Source: an uncultured Acidimicrobiia bacterium
GTDB lineage: Bacteria; Actinomycetota; Acidimicrobiia; Spongiisociales; JAOTWH01
Direction: 5' to 3'
Assembly (NCBI GenBank): GCA_964347285.1
Contig: CAYFYE010000004.1
Coordinates: 731-64,730, forward strand
DNA length: 64,000 nt
Shown: positions 9,098 through 18,155 of the stretch, in pieces
Layout: each line of letters starts with the position of its first letter
Position numbering within the stretch: the stretch's first letter is position 1
The notes under the pieces: model-generated
What the model was told of the DNA's origin: nothing
Databases searched by the model: none
Seen by the model: only the letters and a program-made list of their open reading frames with translations
Translations under genes and position numbers: made by a program

Positions 9098-9759
9098 GGC
9101 GTCTCCTCCCCGCCCGCGTCGGTGGGAGCGACCTCTCCGCTCTCCTCGGCGGGAGCCTCTTCGCCCTCCTCGGCGGGAGCCTCGCCGCCCTCGGGGGCCG
9201 GGGCCAGCGGCGTCGGCAGGTTCGTTTCCAGCGTGAAGATCTGGGCGCTGATGCTGGAACTGACGCTGAGATTGCCGTCTTCATCGAACGAACTCGTGAT
9301 CGACAGCGCATCGATACGGACGAGGCGGTCCAGGTCGGCCAGGCCGTACAGGAATCCGAGTATCTCGAAGAACTGCCCCTCGACGGCGATACTCACGGGC
9401 ACCGAGACGAACGGCAACCCTTCGGTGGCCTCGGGAAGTGACGGTGTCAGGCTGCTGATCTCGACCCCGGCTTCGATCGCCAGGAGGTTGACGTCCTCGA
9501 TGAACTGCGCCAGCTCGGGAGTGCGGGGTATCGAGCGCTCCAGCTCCGCCGCGGCCCGTCTGAATGTCAGCTCGCTCTCCTGGATGGCCAGCAGAGCCGC
9601 CTTCTGACCGCGCAGGGCCTGGGCCTCGGTCTGGGCCGTGGCGATCTGATCGTCCGAGTCGGAGATCTCGCTTCGCTTGGGGTTGATGAAGAAGATGAAC
9701 CAAACCACCGTGACGACCAGCACCCCCAGGACCACGAGCAGAAGCGTGCTCCTCCTCAT
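9094..9759 (-). CDS. pilO: Type IVa pilus alignment protein PilO
   Basis: N-terminal TM, coiled coil, LERSIP..PELAQFIEDV, GQFFEILGFL..L..LDRLVRID; follows pilN. Confidence 0.88.
   Translation of the reverse strand: MRRSTLLLVVLGVLVVTVVWFIFFINPKRSEISDSDDQIATAQTEAQALRGQKAALLAIQESELTFRRAAAELERSIPRTPELAQFIEDVNLLAIEAGVEISSLTPSLPEATEGLPFVSVPVSIAVEGQFFEILGFLYGLADLDRLVRIDALSITSSFDEDGNLSVSSSISAQIFTLETNLPTPLAPAPEGGEAPAEEGEEAPAEESGEVAPTDAGGEETP
9142..9183 (-). repeat. 18-bp direct repeat (period 24) encoding acidic EAPAEE repeats in the PilO tail
   Basis: CTCCTCGGCGGGAGCCTC at 9142-9159 and 9166-9183. Confidence 0.8.
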
Positions 9760-10364
9760 CAGAACTCGGGAATCCTCCGCTCGAGCCGATCGGAGAGGGC
9801 CTCATCGGTGATGAACGTCGACGAGGTGAAGCGCACCACCGGCATCTCACCGATCAGGGCCTCCGAGAGGTTGGTGACCCAGGTTTTGTCAACCCCCGGG
9901 AAGCTCGTTGAGTCGAGGGCGCGCAGCCAGGCGGCGACATCGGGGAAGGCGAAGGCGGTCCCGGAGATCTGGATTTCCCCAATGGCGCCTGTTTCGGGGT
10001 TGACGGTGCCGGAGAAGGAATCGATCCACACCCGGTCGGGAATCACCCGGCCCAGGTCGTTGAGGAGGCGGCCCCAGACCACGTCATTCTCCAAGGCGGC
10101 GGCCAGCACCAAGACTGAGGCGTCGAATTCGGCTTTGATCCCCTCGAACTCGGACAGTTCCTCGACCTCCAGGCGGAGATCGTCGACGACGTCCTGCTCC
10201 TGGGCCAACTCGGCCTCCTTGTCGTCGACCTTCCCCTGCCACCACAGCGTGGCCGCTACCAGCAACGCCACATAGGCGATGCCGAGCACTACCCAAAGAG
10301 AGCGGCGTCGGCGGACCTTGGCCTTCTCCAACGCCTCCGGCGGGAGAAGGTTGATGGCCCGCAT
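9759..10364 (-). CDS. pilN: Type IVa pilus alignment protein PilN
   Basis: MRAINLLP motif, TM helix, W..LLNDL..VIPDRVWI; TGATG coupling to pilM places the start at 10364. Confidence 0.9.
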   Translation of the reverse strand: MRAINLLPPEALEKAKVRRRRSLWVVLGIAYVALLVAATLWWQGKVDDKEAELAQEQDVVDDLRLEVEELSEFEGIKAEFDASVLVLAAALENDVVWGRLLNDLGRVIPDRVWIDSFSGTVNPETGAIGEIQISGTAFAFPDVAAWLRALDSTSFPGVDKTWVTNLSEALIGEMPVVRFTSSTFITDEALSDRLERRIPEF

Positions 10365-11434
10365 CAGATCGTTCCCCAAAGAGCCAGGCCGACGCTCGTC
10401 GGTAGGACGGGCTGGGCGTCGAGCAGCTCGGCCTCGGTCAGATGTACGCGGCCCACGTCGACGCGTTCGAGCACCTTGGCCGCCTCGATCGGCGTGTCGA
10501 GGTCCCGACCCAGCCGGGCGGCGAGGTGGGGCAGGCGAGCTCCATTTCCCGCCACCACGATGCGCTCCAGGGCCGGTTCCCCTGATTGCCCGAGATAGAA
10601 GTTGACCGACCCCCGAATCTCATCGATGAGAGAATCTGCCTCGGCGGTGAGGAGGCGACGAGCCGCCTCCTCCTGCTCGTCGCCCGGCTCGGTCTCCCCG
10701 TCTCGCACCACGCCCAGGCGTCTCTTGAGAGACTCGGCCTCGTCGACTTCGATCCCCAATCCCGTGGCGAGAGTGGTAGTGAAGGCGTCTCCGCCCCGGG
10801 GCAGAATCCGCACGAAACGGGCCACACCGGCTCGCACGAACACGATCTGAGTGATCGTTCCGCCGATGTCCACGATCCCCTGCGGTGCCTCCTCGGCCAG
10901 CGGAAGCTCGGCCCCGATGGCGGCACGCACGAGGGCGAACGGCTGGAGGTCTACCGCCAAGGGAGCGATCGAGGCTGCCGAAGCCACCCGCACCAGGCCC
11001 TCGACGACCTCCTGGTGAGCCGCCACGACGAGAATCGACATCATCGCTTCCCCCTCGGGCGTGGTGAACTCCTCGATGGGAATGAAGTCGAGACGCGCCT
11101 CCTCGACCGGCATCGGGATCGAGTCCTGGACCTGGAACGGGAGGGCCTCGGCCAGCTCTTCCTCGCTCATCTGGGGAACATCGACCTGGCGAACAATCAC
11201 CCGCTGGTTGGCGGTGCCGATGACCACCCGCTTCTTCGGAAGCTTGGCCCGCTTCCACAGGGCGGCGACGGCTTCCGCCACTGCGTCTTCGTCGATGAGC
11301 TCCCCGGCCTCCACGGACCCCGGCGGCAGGGGCATCTCGGCAAAACGCCGAAGGATGAGTTTCGACTTTCGTGAATCGACTGCGGCAGCGCGCACAGCCA
11401 CACTGCCAATATCGAGGCCAACCGTAACCGGCAT
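10364..11434 (-). CDS. pilM: Type IVa pilus actin-like protein PilM
   Basis: VGLDIGS, VIVRQVDVP, FQVQDSIPMPVEEARLDF, VDIGG, GG..FT, GNGARL. Confidence 0.95.
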   Translation of the reverse strand: MPVTVGLDIGSVAVRAAAVDSRKSKLILRRFAEMPLPPGSVEAGELIDEDAVAEAVAALWKRAKLPKKRVVIGTANQRVIVRQVDVPQMSEEELAEALPFQVQDSIPMPVEEARLDFIPIEEFTTPEGEAMMSILVVAAHQEVVEGLVRVASAASIAPLAVDLQPFALVRAAIGAELPLAEEAPQGIVDIGGTITQIVFVRAGVARFVRILPRGGDAFTTTLATGLGIEVDEAESLKRRLGVVRDGETEPGDEQEEAARRLLTAEADSLIDEIRGSVNFYLGQSGEPALERIVVAGNGARLPHLAARLGRDLDTPIEAAKVLERVDVGRVHLTEAELLDAQPVLPTSVGLALWGTI

Positions 11435-11555
11435 CTCCGCTCCGCCTCACCGTTGCTCGGCGTGGTCCTTTCCGGACCCAACACAGCCCGGAAGAACTAC
11501 ATGTATGTGATTTGGAGGCTAGCAACCCCCCCGCCCGTCACCAAGGACCCGACCC

Positions 11556-12326
11556 TCAGATGCCCCGATACCAATCGGCCAGCTGCTGCCCCACCGCCAG
11601 GGCCGCGAACGCTCCGGTCACCAGGGCCGGGCCGAAGGGAACCGCATCTTTGCGGCCGCGCCGGCCGGTAACCAGGAGAGCGAGAGCCACCAGCCCGCCG
11701 CCGAGAACGGCCAGAGCGACGCCTGCGCCGAGGACTCCCCACGACTGATAGGCGAGGAAGAGCCCGAGCAGGGCAGCCAGCTTGACGTCACCGAAGCCGA
11801 ATCCTCCCCTGGCGACCAGAGCTACGACGAAGAGTCCACCGAAATAGGCCGCAGCCCCGGCCAGCGCCCGGACGTAGGAGTCCAAGTCGCCGTCCAGCAG
11901 CGCCCCGGCGAGCAGGAGTCCGGCACCGACCGCCAGGCCGGGAAAAAGGATCCGGTTGGGGATGCGCTGGTGATCGAGATCGGTGAGCACGAGCACCAGG
12001 CCGACGGCAACGAACCAGAGGTAGGCCGGCAGCGTCCACGAGGCTCCGATGACGACCACCGTGGCACCCCACAGCCCTGCCGTCGCCGCTTCGACGATGG
12101 GATAACGCGGCGAAATGGCGCCATCACAGTCTCGGCAACGTCCCCTCAGCAGGAACCACGACAGCACCGGGATGTTGTCGCGAGGCCGGATCGGGGCTCC
12201 GCACGCCGGGCAGGCGGAACCGGGACTGACGACGGAGCGTCCGGCCGGCACCCGGTACGCCACCACGTTGAGAAAGGAGCCGGCGATCAACCCCAGTGCG
12301 CCGGTCACGACCGTTAGAGCTACCAA
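11556..12326 (-). CDS. pilD: Prepilin peptidase / N-methyltransferase (A24A)
   Basis: GSFLNVVAYRVP, CPAC..CRDC zinc motif, SPRYPIVE, catalytic DLD and GFGDVKL; TTG start ~12326. Confidence 0.95.
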   Translation of the reverse strand: MVALTVVTGALGLIAGSFLNVVAYRVPAGRSVVSPGSACPACGAPIRPRDNIPVLSWFLLRGRCRDCDGAISPRYPIVEAATAGLWGATVVVIGASWTLPAYLWFVAVGLVLVLTDLDHQRIPNRILFPGLAVGAGLLLAGALLDGDLDSYVRALAGAAAYFGGLFVVALVARGGFGFGDVKLAALLGLFLAYQSWGVLGAGVALAVLGGGLVALALLVTGRRGRKDAVPFGPALVTGAFAALAVGQQLADWYRGI

Positions 12327-12781
12327 CTGTTTCCAGTGCAGTCGGTTACATCGTCCACGTCGGCCTCCGAACCTTTGCAGGTATAGCGGCCCGCATCCGG
12401 CCCCACTTGCACCAGCTTGATACCGAACCAAGTGCCGCTGCCCGATCGAGCGTACAACAGGACCTGTCCGTTGTCACCGGCATCGACTGCATCACCCACG
12501 ACCACGTGGATCGAGTGGGGCTGGGCGCCGCTGAAATCGAGGCTGGGCTCTTCGAGGCCCAGCTGGGCGACGTCGCCGGTGAAGCCCGAGCCGTCGGCGC
12601 CGATGATCGCCTCGACTTTGGCCCCGTTGACGAGATCACTCTTGGCGGCACTGTCCTGGGCACGACTGCGGAAGCCGAGATAGGTCGGAATGGCGATGCC
12701 GAGCAGAAGAGCGATGATCAGAACGACCACCATCAGCTCGATGAGGGTGAATCCCGTCTCGCGATTGCGGGCGATATGCAT
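12320..12781 (-). CDS. Second type IV pilin (class III signal peptide)
   Basis: RETG|FTLIELMVVVLIIALLLGIAIP with E5; C-terminal Cys pair. Confidence 0.92.
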   Translation of the reverse strand: MHIARNRETGFTLIELMVVVLIIALLLGIAIPTYLGFRSRAQDSAAKSDLVNGAKVEAIIGADGSGFTGDVAQLGLEEPSLDFSGAQPHSIHVVVGDAVDAGDNGQVLLYARSGSGTWFGIKLVQVGPDAGRYTCKGSEADVDDVTDCTGNSW

Positions 12782-12807
12782 CTCGTGCTCCGAACGCTTC
12801 CCCCCTG

Positions 12808-12834
12808 ATATCGGCAGTGCATCGGGAGGCCTGA
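12808..12834 (-). promoter_or_regulatory. Putative sigma-28/WhiG-type promoter of the second pilin
   Basis: Minus strand TCAGG-N15-CCGATAT, just downstream of the pilA terminator. Confidence 0.6.
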
Positions 12835-12847
12835 AGGATTCCCAACG

Positions 12848-12881
12848 AGAAGACGGGCCCGGGGTTCCGGGCCCGTCTTCT
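12848..12881 (-). terminator. Strong hairpin downstream of pilA
   Basis: 15-bp perfect stem AGAAGACGGGCCCGG / CCGGGCCCGTCTTCT with a 4-nt loop, 20 nt after the pilA stop. Confidence 0.85.
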
Positions 12882-12901
12882 GCGTCGTATGCGCCTGGCG
12901 C

Positions 12902-13378
12902 TTACTTCCAGCCGTCGGCGGTGTAGCCGGCGGGCAGCGTGAAGGGAGCGGTCGTGTCGTCGGCCGGACACGGCGCCGTGGCCGCCGCTTTGGCATAGCC
13001 AACGCCGGCCGATTCGCCGACCCAGATCGAGAACACTCCGCCGGAGGCGCTCTCCCGCTCGAGGCAGACCGAGCCGGCGCCGGTGGTCACCGCCACGGCG
13101 ACCGCGCTGTCGGCGTCCAAGTCGATGCTGGGCTCGATCGTCTTCAGCTCGTCCTCGGTCGTCGAGTAGACGTTGTTCTCCGTCCACCAGGCCTGCTCGG
13201 CCAGGAGGGCGTTGCGCAGATCGCTCTGAGCGCTGCGGTCCTGGGCGTTCTTGCGGAAGCCCAGGAACGAGGGGATGGCAATGGCGACGAGCACTGCAAT
13301 GATGAGCACCACGACCATCAACTCGATGAGGGTGAAGCCTTCGTCCTTGTGAAGGCGTTCACTCATCCTTTTGAGCAT
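12902..13378 (-). CDS. pilA: Type IV major pilin candidate
   Basis: KDEG|FTLIELMVVVLIIAVLVAIAIP, AQSDLRNA, Cys pair; GGAGG SD, own promoter and own terminator. Confidence 0.93.
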   Translation of the reverse strand: MLKRMSERLHKDEGFTLIELMVVVLIIAVLVAIAIPSFLGFRKNAQDRSAQSDLRNALLAEQAWWTENNVYSTTEDELKTIEPSIDLDADSAVAVAVTTGAGSVCLERESASGGVFSIWVGESAGVGYAKAAATAPCPADDTTAPFTLPAGYTADGWK

Positions 13379-13432
13379 GTGCGAACCTCCTGAGACATTC
13401 GCGCCGGGCCGTACCTCGGCCTGACCAGGGGA

Positions 13433-13460
13433 ATATCGGTTGCGCCTTTTCGCGACTTGA
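13433..13460 (-). promoter_or_regulatory. Putative sigma-28/WhiG-type promoter of pilA
   Basis: Minus strand TCAAG-N16-CCGATAT. Confidence 0.7.
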
Positions 13461-13568
13461 GCGCTTCATGTGGTGGTTCGGCTACCCACCGTATGACTAG
13501 TCATCGAGGGCTCAGCGGTAACGGCGGAGTCGGCACCGAGGCGGAGCCGGAGGGTCGAGGGCCTTGAC

Positions 13569-14792
13569 TCAATTGAGCAGGTTGGCCACGTTGAACATCG
13601 GCAGGTAGAGCGCGATGAGGATCCCGCCAACCGTGGTACCGAGCAGGATGATCAGCAGGGGCTCGATGAGGCTGGTGAGGGCGTTCACGGTGTCGTCGAC
13701 CTCGCGGTCGTAGAAGTCCGACACCTTGGCGAGCATCTCGTCGATGGCGCCGGTCTCCTCGCCCACCGCCATCATCTGCACGACCATGGGCGGGAACACT
13801 GGATGGCGATCCAGCGGCGAGGCCATCGACTCGCCCTGTTTCACCGAATCTCTCACGTCGACCAGGGCTCTGGCCAGGACGGCGTTTCCGGCCGTCTGGG
13901 AGACGATCTCGATGGCGTTGAGGATGGGAACGCCGGTGCGGCTCAGCACCGACAGGCTGCGCGAGAAGCGGCTCAGTGCCGTCTTGTGGGTCAGTTTGCC
14001 GAAGACAGGAATCTTCAGCTTGAAGGCATCGAAGGCAGATCGCCCCGACTCGGTGGCAATCCAGCGGCGCAACCCAAACACGACGGCGATGATCAGCAGC
14101 ACGGCGACGTACCAGTAGGTCGACAGGATGTTGCCGGCGCTGATGAGGGCCTTGGTGGGGAGCGGCAGGTCGCCGCCCAGCTCGGAGTACATGCCCTCGA
14201 ACATCGGCACGACGAAGATGAGCATGGCCGTCACGATCACCGCCACCAGGCCCAGGACGACGATGGGGTAGGCCATCGCCGACTTCACCTTGGATCGCAG
14301 GGTGACCGTGGCCTCCATCATGTCGGCCAGTCGCTCCAGCGTTTCGTCCAGGACACCGCCGACCTCACCGGCCCGGACCATTGCCACGAAGAGGTTGTTG
14401 AACACTTTGGGGTGCTTCGACATCGCGGCCGACAGGCTGGAACCCTTCTCGACCTCGCCCCTCACCTCGCCCACGACGGTGGCCAGGGCAGCACTCTCGG
14501 TCTGCTGTTCGAGGATCGACAGGGTGCGGATCAAGGACAAGCCGGAATTCACCATCGTGGCGAACTGTCGACTGAAGATCGCGATCTCCTTCACTTTGAC
14601 CCGATTGGACAGAGCGGGGATCTTGATCTCCATCTGGAGAGCAGAAACCTTCTTCTTCTCGACCGAGAGCGGAACCATGCCCCGCTCCCGGAGCGTTCGA
14701 ACGACCGCGCCGGCCGAATCGCCCTCGAGTTCGCCGCTCAGGACGTTCCCGGACTTGTCCCTGACCTTGTATGCAAACGTTGATGCGCTCAT
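13569..14792 (-). CDS. pilC: Type IV pilus platform protein PilC (T2SS F family)
   Basis: FSRQFATMVNSGL, VRAGEVGGVLDETL, KVKSAMAYP, GEETGAIDEML, LPMFN. Confidence 0.96.
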   Translation of the reverse strand: MSASTFAYKVRDKSGNVLSGELEGDSAGAVVRTLRERGMVPLSVEKKKVSALQMEIKIPALSNRVKVKEIAIFSRQFATMVNSGLSLIRTLSILEQQTESAALATVVGEVRGEVEKGSSLSAAMSKHPKVFNNLFVAMVRAGEVGGVLDETLERLADMMEATVTLRSKVKSAMAYPIVVLGLVAVIVTAMLIFVVPMFEGMYSELGGDLPLPTKALISAGNILSTYWYVAVLLIIAVVFGLRRWIATESGRSAFDAFKLKIPVFGKLTHKTALSRFSRSLSVLSRTGVPILNAIEIVSQTAGNAVLARALVDVRDSVKQGESMASPLDRHPVFPPMVVQMMAVGEETGAIDEMLAKVSDFYDREVDDTVNALTSLIEPLLIILLGTTVGGILIALYLPMFNVANLLN

Positions 14793-16387
14793 CAGCCCTT
14801 ACCAACCAGATTCCGGAACTCCTCGGGGCTCTGGGAGTGATCGACTGCCGCGTCGTAGGAGACCTTTCCTTGTCTGACCAAAGCGGCCAGCGACTGATCC
14901 ATCGTCTGCATCCCGTACTTGGCGCCGGCCTGCATTGCCGAGGCGATCTGGTGCGTCTTGCCCTCACGGATCAAGTTGCGAATGGCGGAGTTGGCCACCA
15001 TCACCTCTACGGCCGGAATTCGCCCCCTGCCGTCTACGGTCGGCAGCAGCTGCTGGGACACGACCGCCTGGATGGAGCCGGACAGCTGGACCCGGACCTG
15101 CTGCTGCTGATGGCTGGGAAAGACGTCGATGACGCGATCGATCGATTGCGGGGCGTCCTGGGTGTGCAGCGTGCCCAGCACGAGATGGCCTGTCTCGGCG
15201 GCGGTTATTGCGGTTGAGACGGTCTCCAGATCCCGCATCTCGCCCACCAGGATCACGTCGGGGTCCTGACGGAGCGCGTGCTTGAGAGCCGCGGCAAACC
15301 CCAGAGTGTCGGTGCCCACCTCCCGTTGGTTGACGATGGCTTCTTTGTGCCGATGCATGAATTCGATGGGGTCTTCGACCGTCATCACGTGGCATTTTCG
15401 AGTTGCGTTGACGACGTCTATCAATGAAGCGAGCGTGGTCGACTTCCCCGAGCCGGTCGGCCCGGTGACGAGGACCAGGCCGCGTGTCAGCTTGGCGAAA
15501 TGGGCAATGATCGGCGGCATGGCCAACTCGGTGAGGGAGAGGATCTCGTTGGGAATGGCTCTCATGACCGCTCCCACCGAATCTCGTTGGAAGAACACGT
15601 TGACCCGGAAGCGGCCCTTGCCGGGAAGCGGATGCGAGCAATCCAGCTCCCGCGTCTCTTCGAGCTGCTCGCGCTGGCGGCCGGTGAGGATCTCGTAGAT
15701 CATCGAGCGAAGGACGGCCGGTAACAGCATCGGGAAATCATCGATCGGCGTCAGCTCGCCGTTGATCCGGATCTGGGGAGGCGATCCGGCAGTGAGATGT
15801 AGATCGGATCCGCCCCGCTCGAGCAGAGTCTCGAGGAGTTCGTTGACGTGGGGACGGTCACCTTGCTGCGCTTCGGCAATGACTTCGATACCGCGGGGCG
15901 CGGCAACGCCCTCCTGAGCGTCGCCGGCGGCGGATTCGGCCAGCCCGGCGTAAGCCGCCTTGATGAGCAGCTCGAGCGGCTGCTTGTGCGCCAATCCCAG
16001 CACCACCTCGCCCCCGGTGGCCCGGCGCAGCATGGCCAGCTTCTCCTGATTGAAGGGGTCGGCGACGGCCATCACGATTCGTCCGGTCTCGTCGATGCTC
16101 ATCGGCAGCGCTGCCAACCGGCGGGCCACCTCCGGGTCGAGGCGCCGCATCGCCGCCGGATCGGGTTGATCTCCGGTTTTGGGATCGAGGCTGAAGAAAT
16201 CCAGGCTGAGCTCTCCGGCCACCACGGAGAGAATGTCCTCACTCCGCACCCGCCCCTCGTCGACCAGCAGGCGCGGCAGCGGAGTGCCCGACTCCTCGGC
16301 TCGCTGAAGCTGGTGCTCCAGGTCGTCCTTGGTGAGGAGACGGTTATCGACCAGGAGTTGGCCGAGCTGCCGTGCGACCTTGCTCAT
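14792..16387 (-). CDS. pilT: PilT retraction ATPase with N-terminal MshEN/T2SSE_N-like extension
   Basis: GGSDLHL, GPTGSGKSTT, TVEDPIE, RQDPDVILVGEMRD, AETGHLV, PilT signature AIRNLIRE; core starts at about residue 180 of 531. Confidence 0.93.
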   Translation of the reverse strand: MSKVARQLGQLLVDNRLLTKDDLEHQLQRAEESGTPLPRLLVDEGRVRSEDILSVVAGELSLDFFSLDPKTGDQPDPAAMRRLDPEVARRLAALPMSIDETGRIVMAVADPFNQEKLAMLRRATGGEVVLGLAHKQPLELLIKAAYAGLAESAAGDAQEGVAAPRGIEVIAEAQQGDRPHVNELLETLLERGGSDLHLTAGSPPQIRINGELTPIDDFPMLLPAVLRSMIYEILTGRQREQLEETRELDCSHPLPGKGRFRVNVFFQRDSVGAVMRAIPNEILSLTELAMPPIIAHFAKLTRGLVLVTGPTGSGKSTTLASLIDVVNATRKCHVMTVEDPIEFMHRHKEAIVNQREVGTDTLGFAAALKHALRQDPDVILVGEMRDLETVSTAITAAETGHLVLGTLHTQDAPQSIDRVIDVFPSHQQQQVRVQLSGSIQAVVSQQLLPTVDGRGRIPAVEVMVANSAIRNLIREGKTHQIASAMQAGAKYGMQTMDQSLAALVRQGKVSYDAAVDHSQSPEEFRNLVGKG

Positions 16388-16409
16388 CTCCGTTCGTTCC
16401 CGATGTTCA

Positions 16410-18080
16410 CTAGGCGACTACCCGTAGGACTTCTTCCAACGTCGTCGATCCGAGGCGTACCTTCTCCAACCCGTCTTCGCGCAGGGTTTTCATGCCTTGC
16501 TCGACGGCCATTGCCTTGACCTCGTCCGAGGGCCGTCGCTCTACGGCCATCCGCTGAATCTCCTCGCTCACCAGCATCACCTCGTTGATGGCGACCCGGC
16601 CTCGATAGCCCGTCTTGGAGCAGTTGACGCACCCGGCGGCCCGGTGCAACTCGGGAAAGTCGTCGAGCGTGAACCCGAACCTGGCGAGCTCGGACGCTTC
16701 GGGTTGATAGATCTCCTTGCACTTTCCGCACAGGCGGCGAGCCAGACGCTGGGCCACCACACAATCGAGCGCCGAGCTCACCAGATAGGCCTCCACCCCC
16801 ATCTCGATGAGGCGTCCCACGCTCGAGGCGGCGTCGTTGGTGTGGAGCGTGGAGAGGACCAGGTGACCGGTCAGTGCGGCCTCGACCGCGATCTTGGCAG
16901 TTTCGGCGTCGCGGATCTCACCGACGAGCACGATGTCGGGATCGGAGCGCAGGATGGATTTCAGAGCAGTCGAGAAGAGGAGCCCGGCCTTCCTGTTGAC
17001 CTGGACCTGAGTGATTCCTTCGAGCCGGTACTCGACCGGATCCTCCACCGTGATGATGTTGACGTCGGGTTTGTTGAGGATGCCCAGCGTGGAATACAGG
17101 GTGGTGGTCTTGCCGGATCCGGTGGGTCCGGTCAGCAGGATCGCCCCGTACGGCTTCGTGTAGGAGGATCGATAGCGCTCCAGGGCGGCCGGGAGGAAGC
17201 CGAGTTCCTCGAGAGTGCCCACCGAATCTGTTTTGTCGAGGATTCGCAGCACGGCCTTCTCCCCGTACATGGACGGAAGGGTGGCGACCCGCAGATCGAT
17301 GGGGCGCCCCCCCACCCGCAGACTCACGCGGCCGTCCTGGGGCACCCGGCGCTCGGCGATGTTGATGTCGGCCATGATCTTCAGACGGGAGATCACTGCA
17401 GCGGCAATAGCGCGCGGGGTGCTCATGACCTCCTGGAGCACTCCGTCGATGCGGAAGCGCACCCGGAGGTCGCGCTCGCCCGGCTCGACGTGGATGTCCG
17501 ACGCTCGCTCGTTCACCGCCCGGGTGATCAACGTGTTGAGCAGCTTGACCACCGGCGCTTCCTCCACGGCGGCTTCCAGGCCCTCGAGATCCTCGGTTTG
17601 GTCCTCTTCTCCGAGAGCCAGATCGGCCAGGTCGGTCACCGATGCGCCGAAGCTGGACATTCGACGGATGGCCTCGCTGATGTCGGAGCGGGTGGCCACC
17701 TTGGGTGCGATGTCGTAGCCGGTGACCGCTCGCATGTCGTCGATGGCCAGCACGTTGGCGGGATCGGCCATTGCCACAACGAGCCGGTCCTCCTCGAAGC
17801 CGATCGGGACGGCGCCGTAGCGAGTGGCCAGGTAATCGGGTACCAATGCGGTGGCGGCCGGATCGATGTTCACGTTGCCGAGATCGACGTACTCCAACCC
17901 GATCTGGCGGGCGAGGACCTTGACGAGCTCGGCCTCGTCGATCAGCCCTTCGTCGACGAGCACCCGGCCCAGCGGCATGCCCGACTCGGCCTGGAGGCTG
18001 ACCGCCTTGTCGAGCTGGTCGCGACTCAGCAAGCCTTCTTCCAGCAGCATGGTGCCCAAATGGCGGGCGTCGCTCGTCAC
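16410..18080 (-). CDS. pilB: PilB extension ATPase with tandem MshEN motifs
   Basis: HLGTMLLEEGLL..PLGRVLVDEGLI..LARQ, ASDIHVEP, GPTGSGKTT, LRSDPD..GEIRD, CGKC/CVNC zinc motif; GTG 18080 after GGGGAG SD preferred over 18125. Confidence 0.96.
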   Translation of the reverse strand: MTSDARHLGTMLLEEGLLSRDQLDKAVSLQAESGMPLGRVLVDEGLIDEAELVKVLARQIGLEYVDLGNVNIDPAATALVPDYLATRYGAVPIGFEEDRLVVAMADPANVLAIDDMRAVTGYDIAPKVATRSDISEAIRRMSSFGASVTDLADLALGEEDQTEDLEGLEAAVEEAPVVKLLNTLITRAVNERASDIHVEPGERDLRVRFRIDGVLQEVMSTPRAIAAAVISRLKIMADINIAERRVPQDGRVSLRVGGRPIDLRVATLPSMYGEKAVLRILDKTDSVGTLEELGFLPAALERYRSSYTKPYGAILLTGPTGSGKTTTLYSTLGILNKPDVNIITVEDPVEYRLEGITQVQVNRKAGLLFSTALKSILRSDPDIVLVGEIRDAETAKIAVEAALTGHLVLSTLHTNDAASSVGRLIEMGVEAYLVSSALDCVVAQRLARRLCGKCKEIYQPEASELARFGFTLDDFPELHRAAGCVNCSKTGYRGRVAINEVMLVSEEIQRMAVERRPSDEVKAMAVEQGMKTLREDGLEKVRLGSTTLEEVLRVVA

Positions 18081-18115
18081 GTCGTGCTCCCCGAGAGAAG
18101 GGTTTCTCCCCCTCC

Positions 18116-18144
18116 TCGTCGGCACCTAGCGTGGCGTCCTTAAG
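18116..18144 (-). promoter_or_regulatory. Putative sigma-28/WhiG-type promoter of pilB-pilT-pilC
   Basis: Minus strand TTAAG-N16-CCGACGA in the short aroE-pilB gap. Confidence 0.55.
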
Positions 18145-18155
18145 ACATTCGGTGG

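Noticed and set aside
13379-13568. Possible c-di-GMP riboswitch upstream of pilA (as in Clostridioides)
   Set aside because: No class I or class II consensus seen; the predicted promoter leaves only a ~50-nt leader.
18081-18125. Longer pilB start (GTG 18125)
   Set aside because: It lies within the predicted promoter spacer, upstream of the likely TSS; GTG 18080 has an SD and sits just before the MshEN motif.
16497-18143. Long plus-strand ORFs antisense to real genes (also 18701-19918, 31767-33263, 50850-52865, 62102-63826 and many others)
   Set aside because: Shadow ORFs expected in high-GC coding DNA; no recognisable motifs, and they fully overlap well-supported genes.
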